From: Mobula hypostoma
Taxonomy: Eukaryota
Assembly (NCBI RefSeq): GCF_963921235.1
Contig: NC_086108.1
Location: 43,588,001-43,652,000 of the forward strand
Direction of reading: 5' to 3'
DNA length: 64,000 nucleotides
In this document: positions 48,208 to 61,632 of the stretch, one piece after another
How positions within the stretch are numbered: position 1 is the first letter of the stretch
How the letters are laid out: each line of letters opens with the position of its first letter
Notes under the pieces: model-generated
Databases searched by the model: none
The model's input: only the letters and a program-made list of their open reading frames with translations
What the model was told of the DNA's origin: nothing
Made by a program: the position numbers and the translations under genes

Positions 48208-51200
48208 ACATAACAACATAAGAAATAGGAGCAGGAGGAGGCCATCCGGCCTTTGAGCCTGCTCCACCATTCAATAAGATCATGGCTGATCTGGCCATGG
48301 ACTCATCTCCACCCTCCTGCCTTTTCCCCATACCCCTTAATTTCCATACTATGCAAAAATCTATCCAATCTTGTCTTAAATATGTTACTGAGGTAGCCTC
48401 TACTGCTTTATTGGACAGAAAATTCCACAGATTCACCACTCTATGAGAAAAGCAGTTTCTCCTCATCTCCATCCTAAATCTACTCCCCAAATCTTGATGC
48501 TATGTTGCCTAGTTCTAGTCTCACCTACCAGTGGAAACAACTTTCCTGCTCTTATCTTAGCTATCCCTTTCATAATTTTATATGTTTCTATAAGATCTCC
48601 TCTCATTCTTCTGAATTCCAGTGAGTACAGTCCCAGGCAACTCAATCTCTCCTCATAGCCTAACCCCTCATCTCCGGAATCAACCTGGTGAACCTTCTCT
48701 GCACTGCCTCCAAAGCCAGTATATCCTTCCAGAGCTGCATGCAGCACTCCAGATGTGGCCTCACTAGTACCCTGTACAGTTGCAGCATAACCTCCCTGCT
48801 CTTAAATTCAATCTGTCTAGTAATGAAGGCCAACATTCCATTTGCCTTCTTGATAGCCTGCTGCACCTTCAAACCAACCTTTTGTGATTCATGCACAAGC
48901 ACTCCCAAGTCCCTCTGCACAGAAGCATGCATTTAAATAATATTCTGCTCTTCCATTTTTTTCTTCCAAGTGGATGACCTCATATTTATCAACATTGTCT
49001 TCCATCTGCCAGACCCTTGCCCACTCACTTAACCTGTCTCTATCTCTCTGCAGACTCTCCTTATCTTCTGCACAATTTGTTTTTCCACTCAATTTAGTAT
49101 CATCCGCAAACTTGGATACACTATACTTGGTCCCCTCTTCCAGATCGTTAATGTATATCGTGAACAGTTGTGGGCCCAGCACTGATCCCTGTGGCACACC
49201 GCTCACCACTGATTGCCAACCAGAGTAACACCTATGTATCCCAACTTTCTGCTTTCTATTAGTTCACCAATCCTCTGTCCATGCTAATATATCACCTCGA
49301 CTCTATGCATCCCTATCTCATGAATAAGTCTTTTATGTGGCACCTTATTGAATGCCTTCTGAAAATCCAAGTAATTAACATCCATCTGTTCCCCTCTATC
49401 CACTGCGCTCATTATATCCTTAAAGAACCCCACTAAGTTTGTCAAACAGGTCCTGCATTGGCTGAATTTGTGCTGTGATGGATCTATTTCTTTCCAGATA
49501 CCTTGCTATTTCTTCTTTAATGATAGCTTCAAGCATTTTTCCAACTACAGATGTTAAATTAACTGGCCTATAGTTACCTGCCATTTGCCTATAACTTTTT
49601 TGAATAGTGGCATGACATTTGCCATCTTCCAATCTGCCAGGACGGCCCAAAGTCCGGAGAATTTTGGTAAATCATCACCAAAGCCTCTACTATAACTTCT
49701 GCCATTTCTTTCAGTATCCTGGGATGCATTCCATCAGGACCAGGGGACTTGTCTATCTTCAGGTCCACAAGTTTGCTCAGCACTACCTCTTCAGCAATAG
49801 CTATTGTATCCAGGACCTCACCTCCCATTGTATCCATCACATCTTTCTTTGGCATGTTAGGTGTATCCTCCACCATGAGGACTAACACAAAATTGTCATT
49901 CAATGCCTCTGCCATTTCCTCATTACCCAATATCAATTCACCCTTCTTGTCTTCCAAGGGACCTATTTTCACTTTAGCCACCTTTTTCCACTTTATATAA
50001 TTATAAAAACTTTTACTATCCATTTTTATATTTTGTACTAGTTTAGTTTCATAATCTATCTTCATTTTCTTTATTGCTCATTTAGTGATCCTTTGTTGCT
50101 TTTTAAAGTTTTCCAAATCTTCCAGTTTCCCACTACTCATGGCGACTTTGTATGCATGAGCTTTTAGTTTGATGCTTTCTTTTATTTTCTTAGTTATCCA
50201 AGGCCAGCCCACCCCACCCTTACTGTCCTTACTTTTAACTGGAATATAATTTCATTGAAAAATCTCTTTGAAAGTCTTCTACTGTTCCTCAGCCATCTCA
50301 CCATATAGCCTGTGTTCCAGTCTACACCAACCAAACCTCCCTCATCCCATTGTCGTCTCCATTGTTTAGGCATAATACACTAGTTTTAGATCAAACTATT
50401 GTACCCTCCATTTGTATGAGAAACTCGATCATACAGTGATCACTCTTTCCAAGAGGATCCCAAACTTCAAGATCACTAATTTTACCTATCTCCTTGCACA
50501 GGACCAGATCTAAAATAGCACGTTTCCTTGTAGGTTCGGTAACATCCTGTTCAAGTAAGCATTCTATGAAGTCCTCCTCAAGACTGCCTCGACTGACTTC
50601 ATTCACCCGATCTATGTGCAAGTTAAAGTCCCCCATGATAACTGCTGTTCCATTCTTACATGCCTCAGATATTTCTCAGTTTATTGCCTGTGCCACTGTA
50701 ATGTTATTATTCAGTGGGCAAGAGACAACTTCCACCAGTGATTTATTTTTCCCCCTTACTATTCCTAATCTCTACTCAGATGGATTCAACATTCTTCTTG
50801 GATTTTATATCGTCTCTCACTATCACCCTGATCTCATCTTTAATTAAAGGCGCTATCCTACCTCCCTTACATCCCTGCCTATCCATCCGTATTACCTGAT
50901 ATCCTTGGATATTTAATTTCCAATGCTCTCCACCCTGCAACCACGTCTCTGTAATGGCCACTAAATTATACCCCTTTGTACTGACTTGTGCCACGAGTCA
51001 CTGACCTTGTTTCGAAAACTATGGGCATTCATATAAAGTGCCCTTACACTCATTGTGCTTTTAAAATCTTGTAATATTTTACTCTTTTGCACTTGACTTT
51101 TCTTCACTCCACTCTTACTTTTCTTTTTTTCATCTTTTGCTTTTACTTTATCTTTATCCGTACTTCTCTTTTTTACTTTATCCCTATTTCTCCAATCTGT

Positions 51201-52343
51201 TGAACTCAGCCCCTATTATTTAGTTCGAAGCCCTATCCACAGCCCGAGTTATGTGATTCGCTAGGATCCAAGTCCCATCACAGTTCAGGTACAGCATGTC
51301 CCATTGGTACAGCTCCCTCCTTCCCCAATACTGGTGCCAATTTCCCATGAATTCAAACCCTCTTCTCCCACATCAAACCTTGAGCCACGCATTTAACTCT
51401 CTAATCTTCCTGACCCTATGCCAATTTGCACATGGCTCAGTTAGTAAGCCAGACATTACTTCCTTTTTGGTTTTGCTTTTTAATTTAGTCCCTAGCTGCT
51501 CAAATTCCCTCAGCAGAACCTCTTTCCTCATTCTACCTATGTTGATGGTAACCACATGGACCACAACAACTGGATCTTGCCCCTCCCACTGCAAATTCCT
51601 CTGCAGATCAGATAAGGTGTCCTGAATCCGGGCACCAGACAGGCAACACAGCCTTCAGGACACTCTAGACTCGCGACAGAGAACTCTGTCTATACTCCTG
51701 ACTATGTTATCCCAATTACCACTACATTTCTCTTCTTTCCCCCCTCTTGAATGGCTCCCTGAACTATGGTGCCACAGTTAAGTTGCTCATCCTTCCTACA
51801 GCCCCCACTCTGATCCACATAGGGAGCAAGATTCTCAGACCTGTTGGACAAACTCAAGGCCAGAGGCTCCTCCTGTACTGTCTCTTAGATCCCACTACCC
51901 ACCTCAGTCGCCTGCTCACAGACCGGATTTGACTGCCTCCTGAAACAGAGAATCCAGGTAACTCTCCCTCTCCCTGATGTATCGCAGTGTCTGAAGCTCA
52001 AATTGCAGGTTATCAACTTTGAGCCTGAGTCCCTCAAGCAGCAAACACTTGCTGCAGATGTGGTCACCAGGAACCACAATGGGGTTTGATAAGCTATAAT
52101 TTAGTACTTTTTATTCAACTACTACAAAAGCCTTGCCCGCTTCTCACCTGTGCCTCCTCGCCAAAGCCTCAAGCTTCCACTCCTACACTGGTCCGCTCAC
52201 ACAACAGCCGCTCCACTTTGAGCCTGCTTTACTTCTATTTGCTCCTGCTAGTGAACTGCAAATCGAATGGTCTGCAGCTAACATGCCGAGCCCAACGACA
52301 TGCTCCTTTTTTAAATTCTTCTCCCTGACCTGTGACCTGTGCA

Positions 52344-52383
<40 letters not shown>

Positions 52384-52510
52384 AATCAATGGGTCTGATG
52401 CTAATGCACTGAGCCCCGCGAAATGCTCCTTTTTTAAACTCTTCTCCCTGACCTGTGCGAAGCTCGCTCTCTCACTGTGAATTGACTGGTCTGCCGTTAA
52501 TGCGAAACCT
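48208..52510 (-). mobile_element. Decayed near full-length CR1
   Basis: Fragments of esterase ORF1 (51373-51594), endonuclease (AITETWL, GDFN, SDH) and RT ([14 protein letters not shown]) in order, plus a 3' tail. Confidence 0.85.
52347..52380. repeat. (CT)n microsatellite
   Basis: Seen directly. Confidence 0.95.
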
Positions 52511-55500
52511 TGAAGAATAGAATGGAAGTCTGGAAAGGTGGATGTAAATGTAATCATGTGTTTATTTGTATGTAAAGAGACCAGTTACTAGCCTGCTGCT
52601 AAGTAGATTGGTACTGGAAGGACATCAGTTGTGTTTGAGACATCAGGACATTTAACAGGCTCCCGCCATTGAGGTTGGGGATCTGTATTTCCTCAGCATG
52701 GATGTTGAAGATACTTCATAGCATGGTGGGTATTGTTTGGGATGCCAGAAGGAACTGTATAATTGTTTAGTAATCATTCAAAGACAGCATGTTTGTTAAA
52801 GCAGTTGTCCCGGTAATTTCAAACTGATCACTTTTTGTTATGAACCACACCAAGTCCAGCATTGTAGATGTAATAGATCTTTGCTCAGAACAAGCAGAAG
52901 ACACACCTGTGAGAGAATTTCTGGACTCTATTTGCCTTTTGTAAAGTCACACCACTAGAGTACTATCTTCAGATCGTTTAATATTGCATGTGATATTCAG
53001 CCCACACAGAAAAATTGAGTATGTTGCATTTTGAAGATTTATAAGTTTGTATAGAAACCAGAAACTTCGGAGTATTATTTACTGTAAAATTTGAGGCAGT
53101 TAGAAAGGCGAATTTTGCAACCAACAGGTAAATAACTAGAAATTTTAATCCCCAAAGATATTGTATTCTATATAACTTGCCATAGAATCCAGTATTCCAT
53201 AACCTTTTACAGATGCCACCTCATGCTGGCGCCTGCATACAAGTTCCTGAAGTCGACATCTTCTGGATAAACCATGAAACCACATATTTTACTTTCTTCT
53301 GTCTTTTACGTTTGTTTTTCATCTTGAATGTGATTCTGGAACTGTTGAAGCCTGTGATTTGCTGTTTAGAGATAGTTAGAGTGTTTCACCGCTCTGCAGT
53401 CTCCGAGAGTACTCCGGGAGGCAGAAGAAGCACGCGTGAACCTTGTGGTGAGAAGGCCATGAACTAGGCACAAGCTGATGTTCGACTCCATTTTGCTGAT
53501 TAAAGCTTCTATTGTTTGCCGATTTAAAACAACAAGGGAGATTGAAACATCATGGCGAATGTGGAAGGTGAGCGCCGGCTGCCTGCCTTTTGATTGCTGG
53601 TGGGATCGCTCTGCTGCCAGAGAGGAGAAACTGCCTTTTGCTCGCTGGTGGGTTTGCATGGCTGCCAGAGAAAGAAGCTACCACTGCACCTGGTGAATGT
53701 TACCCAGATTTTTTACATTTTGAATATGGATTTGGACTATTCTTCGGTCTTATAGTTATTATATTTTGTGCTTTTTGCCCGATCTTTTTCATTTCTTTGT
53801 GTGGGGGAGGGGAATTTGGTGGTTGATGTGCAAGTTCTATTTCTGCTCTTTTGTGTGTGGAGGGGGGATTTAGAGGTTGATGGTCGTGCTGCTGTTCTTT
53901 TCTTTCTTGGTTTCATGGCTATCTGGAGAAGAAGAATTTCAGAGTTGTAGGTTTTGATAATAAATGAACCTTTGAGCCTACTCCAGCATCTTACAGAGGT
54001 AGACTATTGAGTGGGATCAAGATGACTAAGATCCTTGTGCCGACTTTGGGCTTCAAACACTTTTCTTCAGATGAGCAGAGGCTGTGTTTGTTCCTGGAAG
54101 GCAATGAAGCACTTCATCACAGGATTTCTGCCTTCACTGAGAGCTGGCTCCTGAGATCTGTGCTTTATCCATGCTTTCTATGGTTCCTATCTGGACTTTT
54201 ATTGTTAGAGGGGAGTGTTGTTTGCAGATGATCTTTGTTTTACAGATGTTGAATTCATTGCACTTCCACTTTTGGGGTTCAGTACATGATTATTTTTTTA
54301 AATTTGTATTTGCACATTGTGCTATTGTCTTGTGCACATTAGTTGTTTTTCGATATTGTGTAGGTCTTTCATTAATTATATTGTGTTTCTTTGTAATTAT
54401 TGTGAATACCCACAAGAAAATTTATTCTCATGGTTGTATATGGTGATGTGTGTACTTTGATAATAAATTTGGTTTTGAATGTTTAAACTTTAAGTGGATA
54501 GTAACACATACTGAATTGTAGTTAATATTCTCAGTGTCCATTACACAAAATCGCCATTCCTGAAATGTCCATACTGTGTGAGGGATGACATGTAAGGTTC
54601 TTCTGTTGGTGAACAACTTACTGGAAGATGCAAGATATATTATTGTTAGAACTTCTGCCTTCTCTGAGTTCTACAACGAAAATAATGAAGTAAAGCAATG
54701 GCTTATGGTTGATGAGTGTTGTACCTGCTGCAATGAATAATCACCCCTCAATATCCCACAAGAACAGAAGCTGGATTTGTTATGTGTGTTGAGTGATGTG
54801 CATACAATGCAGAATCAGTGAAACTGCAATGCAGTTACTATGTGCAAATTGTTATCTTTGTCAATTGGATGGACTACCAGATGAAAGCTGAACATAATGG
54901 TAAGAAAGCAGTTCTTAGCAAATTTCTTAACATTATCACTAGATAAGAAGAGAGGCTCATGGGAATATATTAGAACTAATTTGTTCCATTTTGATTGCAA
55001 TTTCCTTTTCCTGCCCACTTAAAAAAAAATCGCTGCTTTCTAGTTACTCTGAAGTGCCTTATCCCCTTTCACATCTTTTCAGCAATATGATCATTGGAAG
55101 ATATTTCTTTCTGATACTCCCATCAAAGAAGAACATTCATAATCAAAGAATTAGTTTATGATCATACTATGGTTCAATGAATCAAATAGCAAAAGGACCG
55201 TAATGGCAACAGGAAACCAAATTCTAACTGGAAGTTGCTTAATCAACAAATACAGCGAGACAGACATCCTGTTCTTTCAGAAAATATTTTGTTCTGTAAA
55301 TCAGGGAAAGCAGACTTATTGCCGACCTGAAACTTTCTCCACTGAAATCAATCAACTGCATTTCAATATCAAAACAGGAACAGAATTCTGTTCCAGAAAA
55401 CTATGTTAGCTTTGCAGCAATCATTTTCTGTCATTAAAAGATAATTGTAGACAATAGACACTAAGTTTAATTTAATTTAATAAATCTTCAGCTGTCCTCA

Positions 55501-56769
55501 ATGTTTGAGGAAGTACCCAGTATAGATTTTTACAACAGATTGTGGTCCTAATGTTAACTATGTAGTATTCTAAGAAGGTCTCAGCCTTACAAAAACTTTT
55601 AAGTGATTTCAGTTGATTGATTATGAAAGTTCAATATGGCTATTTTGTTTATTTTTGACTTCCAGATTTGGTGTTACTGTGCAGCCATATTTCTGGAACC
55701 TATCTCCAGCATTTAAAAGGTCTACCTGTATATCGTGGAGGAGGTGCGGCTGGTACAGAGACAACACTTCAATGATGGATTCAAACGATGTGCTTTGATC
55801 TAGTGACACTTCCTAGGAGGAGCCAGTAAAAGTAGGAAATTGCATTTCATCCAGGTTTGGTTGGTCCTCACAATAATTATAAATTTGGTCAAATGCTATT
55901 TAAAATAGTGTTATGGCTGCTCTTATCCTGAACAATATAAGCCAGGATAGATACAATTCCCAGTGACAGCTGTAATAAATGTTACTGACTGCTATACTTT
56001 ATTTTTTCTGGATTGATCACCGAAGAGAGGCAAACCTTAAAATAACTTTCTCCATGAAGGCCATAGAACACCTACATAAAAACTTGTCGTGAGGAAGAGG
56101 GTAAGTGTGGGGGGTGTGACACAAAGCGAACATCTGCATGTGGGCATTGTCACTCTCACACTCAGCTGTTTGCCTGATGGTTTCTCCTATCATGATGGAG
56201 ATGCTGGATGATCAATGGAGCAACAGAGAATGGTTTTAATGGCCGATTTTAACTTTCATATAGGTTAGTAAAAGCATATCAGTCTGCTGATAAAACACGC
56301 CAAATTTTTTGCATGTGTTTTGGATAGTCTTCCCTCAAAAATGTCTCTGGGAATCAACTGAGGGTTAGGCCACATCAGTTTTAAGAACGATGAACATGCC
56401 AGAGTTGGTTCATTGCTTAAGATCTATTATTACGTCTAATAGTGACCATGATATGATTGTGTTTGATGCTGCGTGTGAAAGGAAGAAACCGGAAACAGCT
56501 AAATATCTACTGTTGTGATGGATTTGGTTAGGGTCAGTATTTCTAACTCTCTCAATTCCAAATAAAAGTGATCAACTTGAGCCACTGACTCTTGTTTCTC
56601 ACTTCATTGATGCTAATTTTGACTCAAGGATGGGGACTGACCATATAATCAATATAAATTAACAATGATGAACAAAATGTTGGCACAAAATATCAAGTTC
56701 CCAAATCTAGGTGTTTTCCACTTCTATGTTTTAAAGGAGTAGCAGAGATTATTGCACATATTTTATTGA

Positions 56770-59670
56770 AGGGACAGGCAGAGCGGATGACATGGCTCTG
56801 CTGGTAATAAATGAAATCAAAACCTTAGAAAGATGTGACATATGATCGAAAGATGTAGACTTACAGTGGATAAAGTTAGAAAGCTGCAAGAGTAAAAGGA
56901 TGGGGGTTATATACAGGCCTCTGAACAAGAGCCAGGATATGGGCTACAAATTACAATGGGAGATAGAAAATGTTATGACCGTCATGAGGGACTTCAGTAT
57001 GCAGGTAGATTGAGGAAAATCAGATTGGTGCTGATTTTGGATCCCAAGAGGGAGAATTCGTACAATGCCTATGAGATGGCTTTTAGAGCAGCTCATGGTT
57101 GAGCCCACTAAGGGAACAGCTGTTCTGAATTGGGTGCTGTGTAATGAGTCGGATTTGTTTAGTGAACTTAAGGTACAGGAACCCATAGGAGGGAGTGTTT
57201 ATAATATGATAGAATACACCCTGCAATTTAAGAGGGAGAAGCTAAAGTCAAATATATCAGTATTACAGTGGAGTAAAGGGAATTACAGAGGCAAGATAGA
57301 GGATCTGGTCTAAGTTTCTTGGAAGGCACAGGACAGATACATCCTAAAGAAGTATTCTAAAGGCGGGATGACACAACCATTGCTGACAAGGGAAGTCAAA
57401 GCCAACATAAAAGCAAAAGAGAGGGCATATAATAGAGCAAAAAATAGTTGGAAGTTAGACGATTGGGAAGCATCCTAAAAACCAACAGTGGGCAACTAAA
57501 AAGCCGTAAGGAGAGAAAGATGAAATACTAAGGTAGTCTAGCCAATAATATCAAAGAGGATACCAACATTTTTTCCCAGATATATAAAGAGTACAAAAGA
57601 GCTGAGAGTAGATATTGGACCACTGGAAATGACGCTGGAGTAGTAGTTATAGGGGACAAAGAAATGTCAGACAAACTGAATAAGTATTTTGTATCAGTCT
57701 TCCCTGTGGAAAATGCTAGCAATATGCTGGAAGTTTGAAGGCATCAGTGGGGAGAAGTTTGTGCAATTACTATTACTGAGAGAAGGTGCTTAGGAAGCTG
57801 AAAGGTCTGAAGGTAAATAAATCACCTGGACCAGATGGAGTACAACCCAAAGTTCAGAAAATGGTAACTGAGGAGATTGTGAAGGCATTAGTAATGATCT
57901 TTCAAGAATCACTAGATTCTAGAACTGGAAAATTGCAAAGGTCACTCCACTCTTCAAAAAGGGAGGCAAAAGAAAGGAAATTATAGGCCAGTTAGCCTGT
58001 CCTCAGTGCTTGGGAAGATGTTAAGGTCGATCGTTAAGGATGAAGTTTCAGGATACTTGGAAGCACATGATTAAAATAGGCCAAAGTCAGTATGGTTTTC
58101 TTAAGGGGAAATCTCGCCCAACAAATCTGTTGGAATTCTTTGAAAAAATAACAAGGCTAGAAAAAGGATGTTGTGTATTTGGATTTTCAGAAAGACTTTG
58201 ACAAGTTGCCACACATGAGGCTGCTTAACAAGCTATGAGCCTATGCTATTACAGAAAAGATAGCATGGATAGAGCTTTAGCTGATTGGCAGGAGTCAAAG
58301 AGTAGAAACATAGGGAGCTTTTTCTGATTGGCTGCCAGTGACCAGTGGTCAATGTTGGGATCACTTTTTATGCTATACTTCAATGATTTGGATGATGGAA
58401 TTGATCTTTTTTTGGCTAAATTAGAGGATGATACAAAGAAAGGTGGATGGGTCAGGTAGTGTTGAAGAAGCAAAGGAGGGAATTAGTCAGATTTGGAGAA
58501 TGAGCGAAGAAGTGGCTGATGTAATACATTGTCGGGAAGTGTATGGTCATGCATTTTGGTAGAAAGAATACAGGAAGACTATTTTCTAAGCAGAGAAAAT
58601 TCAAAAATCTGAGGTGCAAAGCAAGTTGGGAGTCCTTGTACCAGACTCCCTAAGGGTTAACTCACAGGATGGGTCCTCACTTGGAGTATTGTGAGCAGTT
58701 TTGAACCTTATATCTAAGAAAAGATGTGCTGACATTGGAGAGGGTTCAAAGGAGATTCACAAAAATGATTCCGGGAATGAAAGGCCTATCGTATGAGGAG
58801 TGTTTGATTTGACAGAGGAGTGGGATACAGAGTGGATGCATGGTGAGGGGTGATGGGGGAAGAGTCAAACACAGAAGAAAAACTAGGTCAACCCAGTAGT
58901 CAGAGCAGACATGTACATGGGAAAAGTTTTAAGTATAAATCTACAAAGGAATGTTGTATTTTGAAAAATCAAATCCAGGTAGGATTTTCACAGTAAAAGA
59001 TAAGGCGCTGTAGTACAGAGGGATCGTGAAGTACGAGCACATAGTTCACTGACAGTAGTCACTGGTAACAGGGTGGTGAAGAAGACTTTTGGCATGCTGG
59101 CCTTCATAAGACAAGGCACTGAGTATAAAAGTTGGGAAGTCATAGTGTGGATGTACAGGATGCTGGTGAGGCTGCACTTGGAATATCACGTTCCGTTTTA
59201 ATCAGTCTGCTATAGGACTTAGGGGACTGAGTTATAGGAAGTGTCTGGAGAGGCTATGACTTTATTTGTTGATCTAGGAGAATGAGAGGTGACCTTATGG
59301 AAGAGTATAAAATCATGTGGGGAAAAGAGAAGGTGAATGCACTCGATCACTTTCTCAGAGTTTGTGAATCAAGAACAAGGGAGCATTGGTTTAAGATGAG
59401 AGGGAAGAGATTTACTAAGAATTTCAGGGGCAACTTTTTTTTATATATAAAAAGGGTGGTATCATTGTGCAGTGACCTGCCAAAGGAAGTCATTGAGGAG
59501 TACAATAACAAATTTAAAAGACAGCTGGACAAGTATATGGATTGGAAATGCTTAGAAGATTATGGCCAAGTACTGGGAAGATGGACCTTCTTGGTTGGGG
59601 CGTTTTGATCAGTGTGGAGCAATTGGCCAGTAAGGCCTAGTTCCACTTCTTTCACTATATGACTCTAAAT
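56770..59670 (+). mobile_element. Decayed CR1 ORF2 fragments
   Basis: Colinear with the CR1 ORF2 at 17-19.8 kb, with many stops. Confidence 0.75.
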
Positions 59671-59769
59671 CAGTGGTACCTAAAGTGGGCAATATCATTC
59701 CCCCGAGGGTAGTGGGAGCAATAAAAATAAAGAGAGTGGTGGAAGGAGTGCATGGTAACAAAGACGACA

Positions 59770-60322
59770 GCTGATGGATTACAGGCTTCACTGATATCTT
59801 TAACCTCTCGCTTTGGCAGTCTAAGATACTCACCTGCTTCAAGCAGACTTCAATATTTACCAGTGCCTAAGAAAAATGTTGGAGCCTGTCCCAATGAATA
59901 TCAACCCGAAGCACTTGCATCCAATATGATGAGGTGCTTTGAGAGGTTGGTGACGAAGCATATCAACTCTCCTGCCTGTGAAGTGACATGGATCTGCTCC
60001 AATTTGCTTACCATCACAACAGGGCAACAGCACTCAACCCTGGAACATCTGGTTAGCAAACATGCATGTAGCAGCATGTTCTTCATGGATCATAGCTCGG
60101 CATTCAATGCTATCATCCCCTAAAAGCTAATCAATGACTTCAACAACTAGGCTTCAATCTCTCCTTGTGCAACGGATTCTCAATTTCCTCACTTGCAGAC
60201 CTCAATCAGTTCAGATTGGGAAATAACATCTCCTCCAAAATCTCCATCAGTACATGTGCACCACAAGACTCCATGCTCGTCCCTCTGCTCTAATCACTTT
60301 ATACTTACGACTGTGAGGCTAA
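59770..60322 (+). mobile_element. Rex/Babar-like RT fragment, target of the Gypsy insertion
   Basis: PVPKKNVGACPNEYQPEALASNMMRCFERLV. Confidence 0.7.
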
Positions 60323-61184
60323 TGTGACAAGAATACACATAGATTAAGATGTTAGCTGTCCTGTGTGATCAGCAGTTGGTCTGCCACCTGTCTTCAGGAG
60401 AAAGAGGGATAAGGGAAACAATGGAGCAGCATTTGGAGATGTGAAATGAAGGGATGGGAGAGAGAGTAACAGAAGGAGGGAGCTGTCAAGAGCAGCTCCC
60501 CCTTTGAACCCTGAACTGTTTGAAGTGATGGACAGGCGATACCCCAGCATGGGGATGAAAAGGGACAGGTTCGCTAAGGCAGGACACACATGACACCCGA
60601 GGTAACAAGACCCTGGAAGCGGTGCGTCTCTCACAAGTCGGTGGGAAGTACCGGGCCATAAACGCACAGGTTGGAAAGGCACGATCGGCGGGAACCTGGT
60701 GTGTGTCCACCCTTGCCTGGTTGCCAGGTTCACCGCAGAGAAACGATCGTATCTGGAAACGGAGGGGGGTCACGGTCGGTGACCTCAGATGACATCACAA
60801 AGGACTCGCCCGAAAGCTGACTGCGAAGGTCTGTCTGGAAACCTTGAATATTCATTCGTTTTGCTCTCTCTCTCCTCCCCCCCACTGTCCATCGCCACGG
60901 CAACGATTACTGCGAACTGAACTGAACTAAATTGAACTGAACTTTGCGTCACTTTGAAACTGGTCATTTACCCCTAGACAATGATAGAGCTTGATTAATC
61001 CTGTTATCTTAATTCTGTATACATGTGTGTTTATCATTGCTGAACTGTTGCATTTATTATCCTTCTGATTAGAGTACTGTGCTGCTTGTTTCTTTAATAA
61101 AACTTTCTTAGTTCTAGTAATCCAGACTCCAACTGAGTGATCCATTTCTGCTGGTTTGGCAACCCAGTTACAGGGTACGTAACA
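60323..61184 (+). mobile_element. 5' LTR of a Gypsy element
   Basis: TGTGAC...GTAACA ends and AATAAA, followed by a PBS-like TGGGGTTCTCGTCCGCGAT (61189-61207, resembles a tRNA-Pro PBS). Confidence 0.8.
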
Positions 61185-61283
61185 CAAGTGGGGTTCTCGT
61201 CCGCGATTTTGAACGCTAAATTTGGGACTGAGTAAATTGATTGGGTCAAAACTCCCGAAAGAAAGAAAAGACAAACAGCAGAA

Positions 61284-61598
61284 ATGGAGGCTGAGGAATT
61301 TATAAAGGCGCCGATCTTGGAGGCATTAGAGGATGCCAGGAAATCGGAATTGGTAGCTGTGGCCAAACGGTTGAATCTTGCTAAGGGGAAGTCGACAATG
61401 AGGAGAGAGGAGATACACAGAGCCATTGTAGAGCACTATGTATCTAAAGGTGTGTTTCCCCAAGGCGAGCTGGAGGTGGTGTCTATTGAAAAACCTGCTG
61501 GAGACGCGGTACAGGTGCAGCTTGAAAAGCTGAGACTCAAGCACGAGTTCCGGGTACGGCAGTTGGAGCGAGAAGAGAAGCAGAGAGAGTTAGAAAGG

Positions 61599-61632
<34 letters not shown>

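Noticed and set aside
55666..56106. Plus-strand exon-like signals (acceptor 55665, donor 56101)
   Set aside because: All three frames after the acceptor hit stops and give no recognisable peptide.
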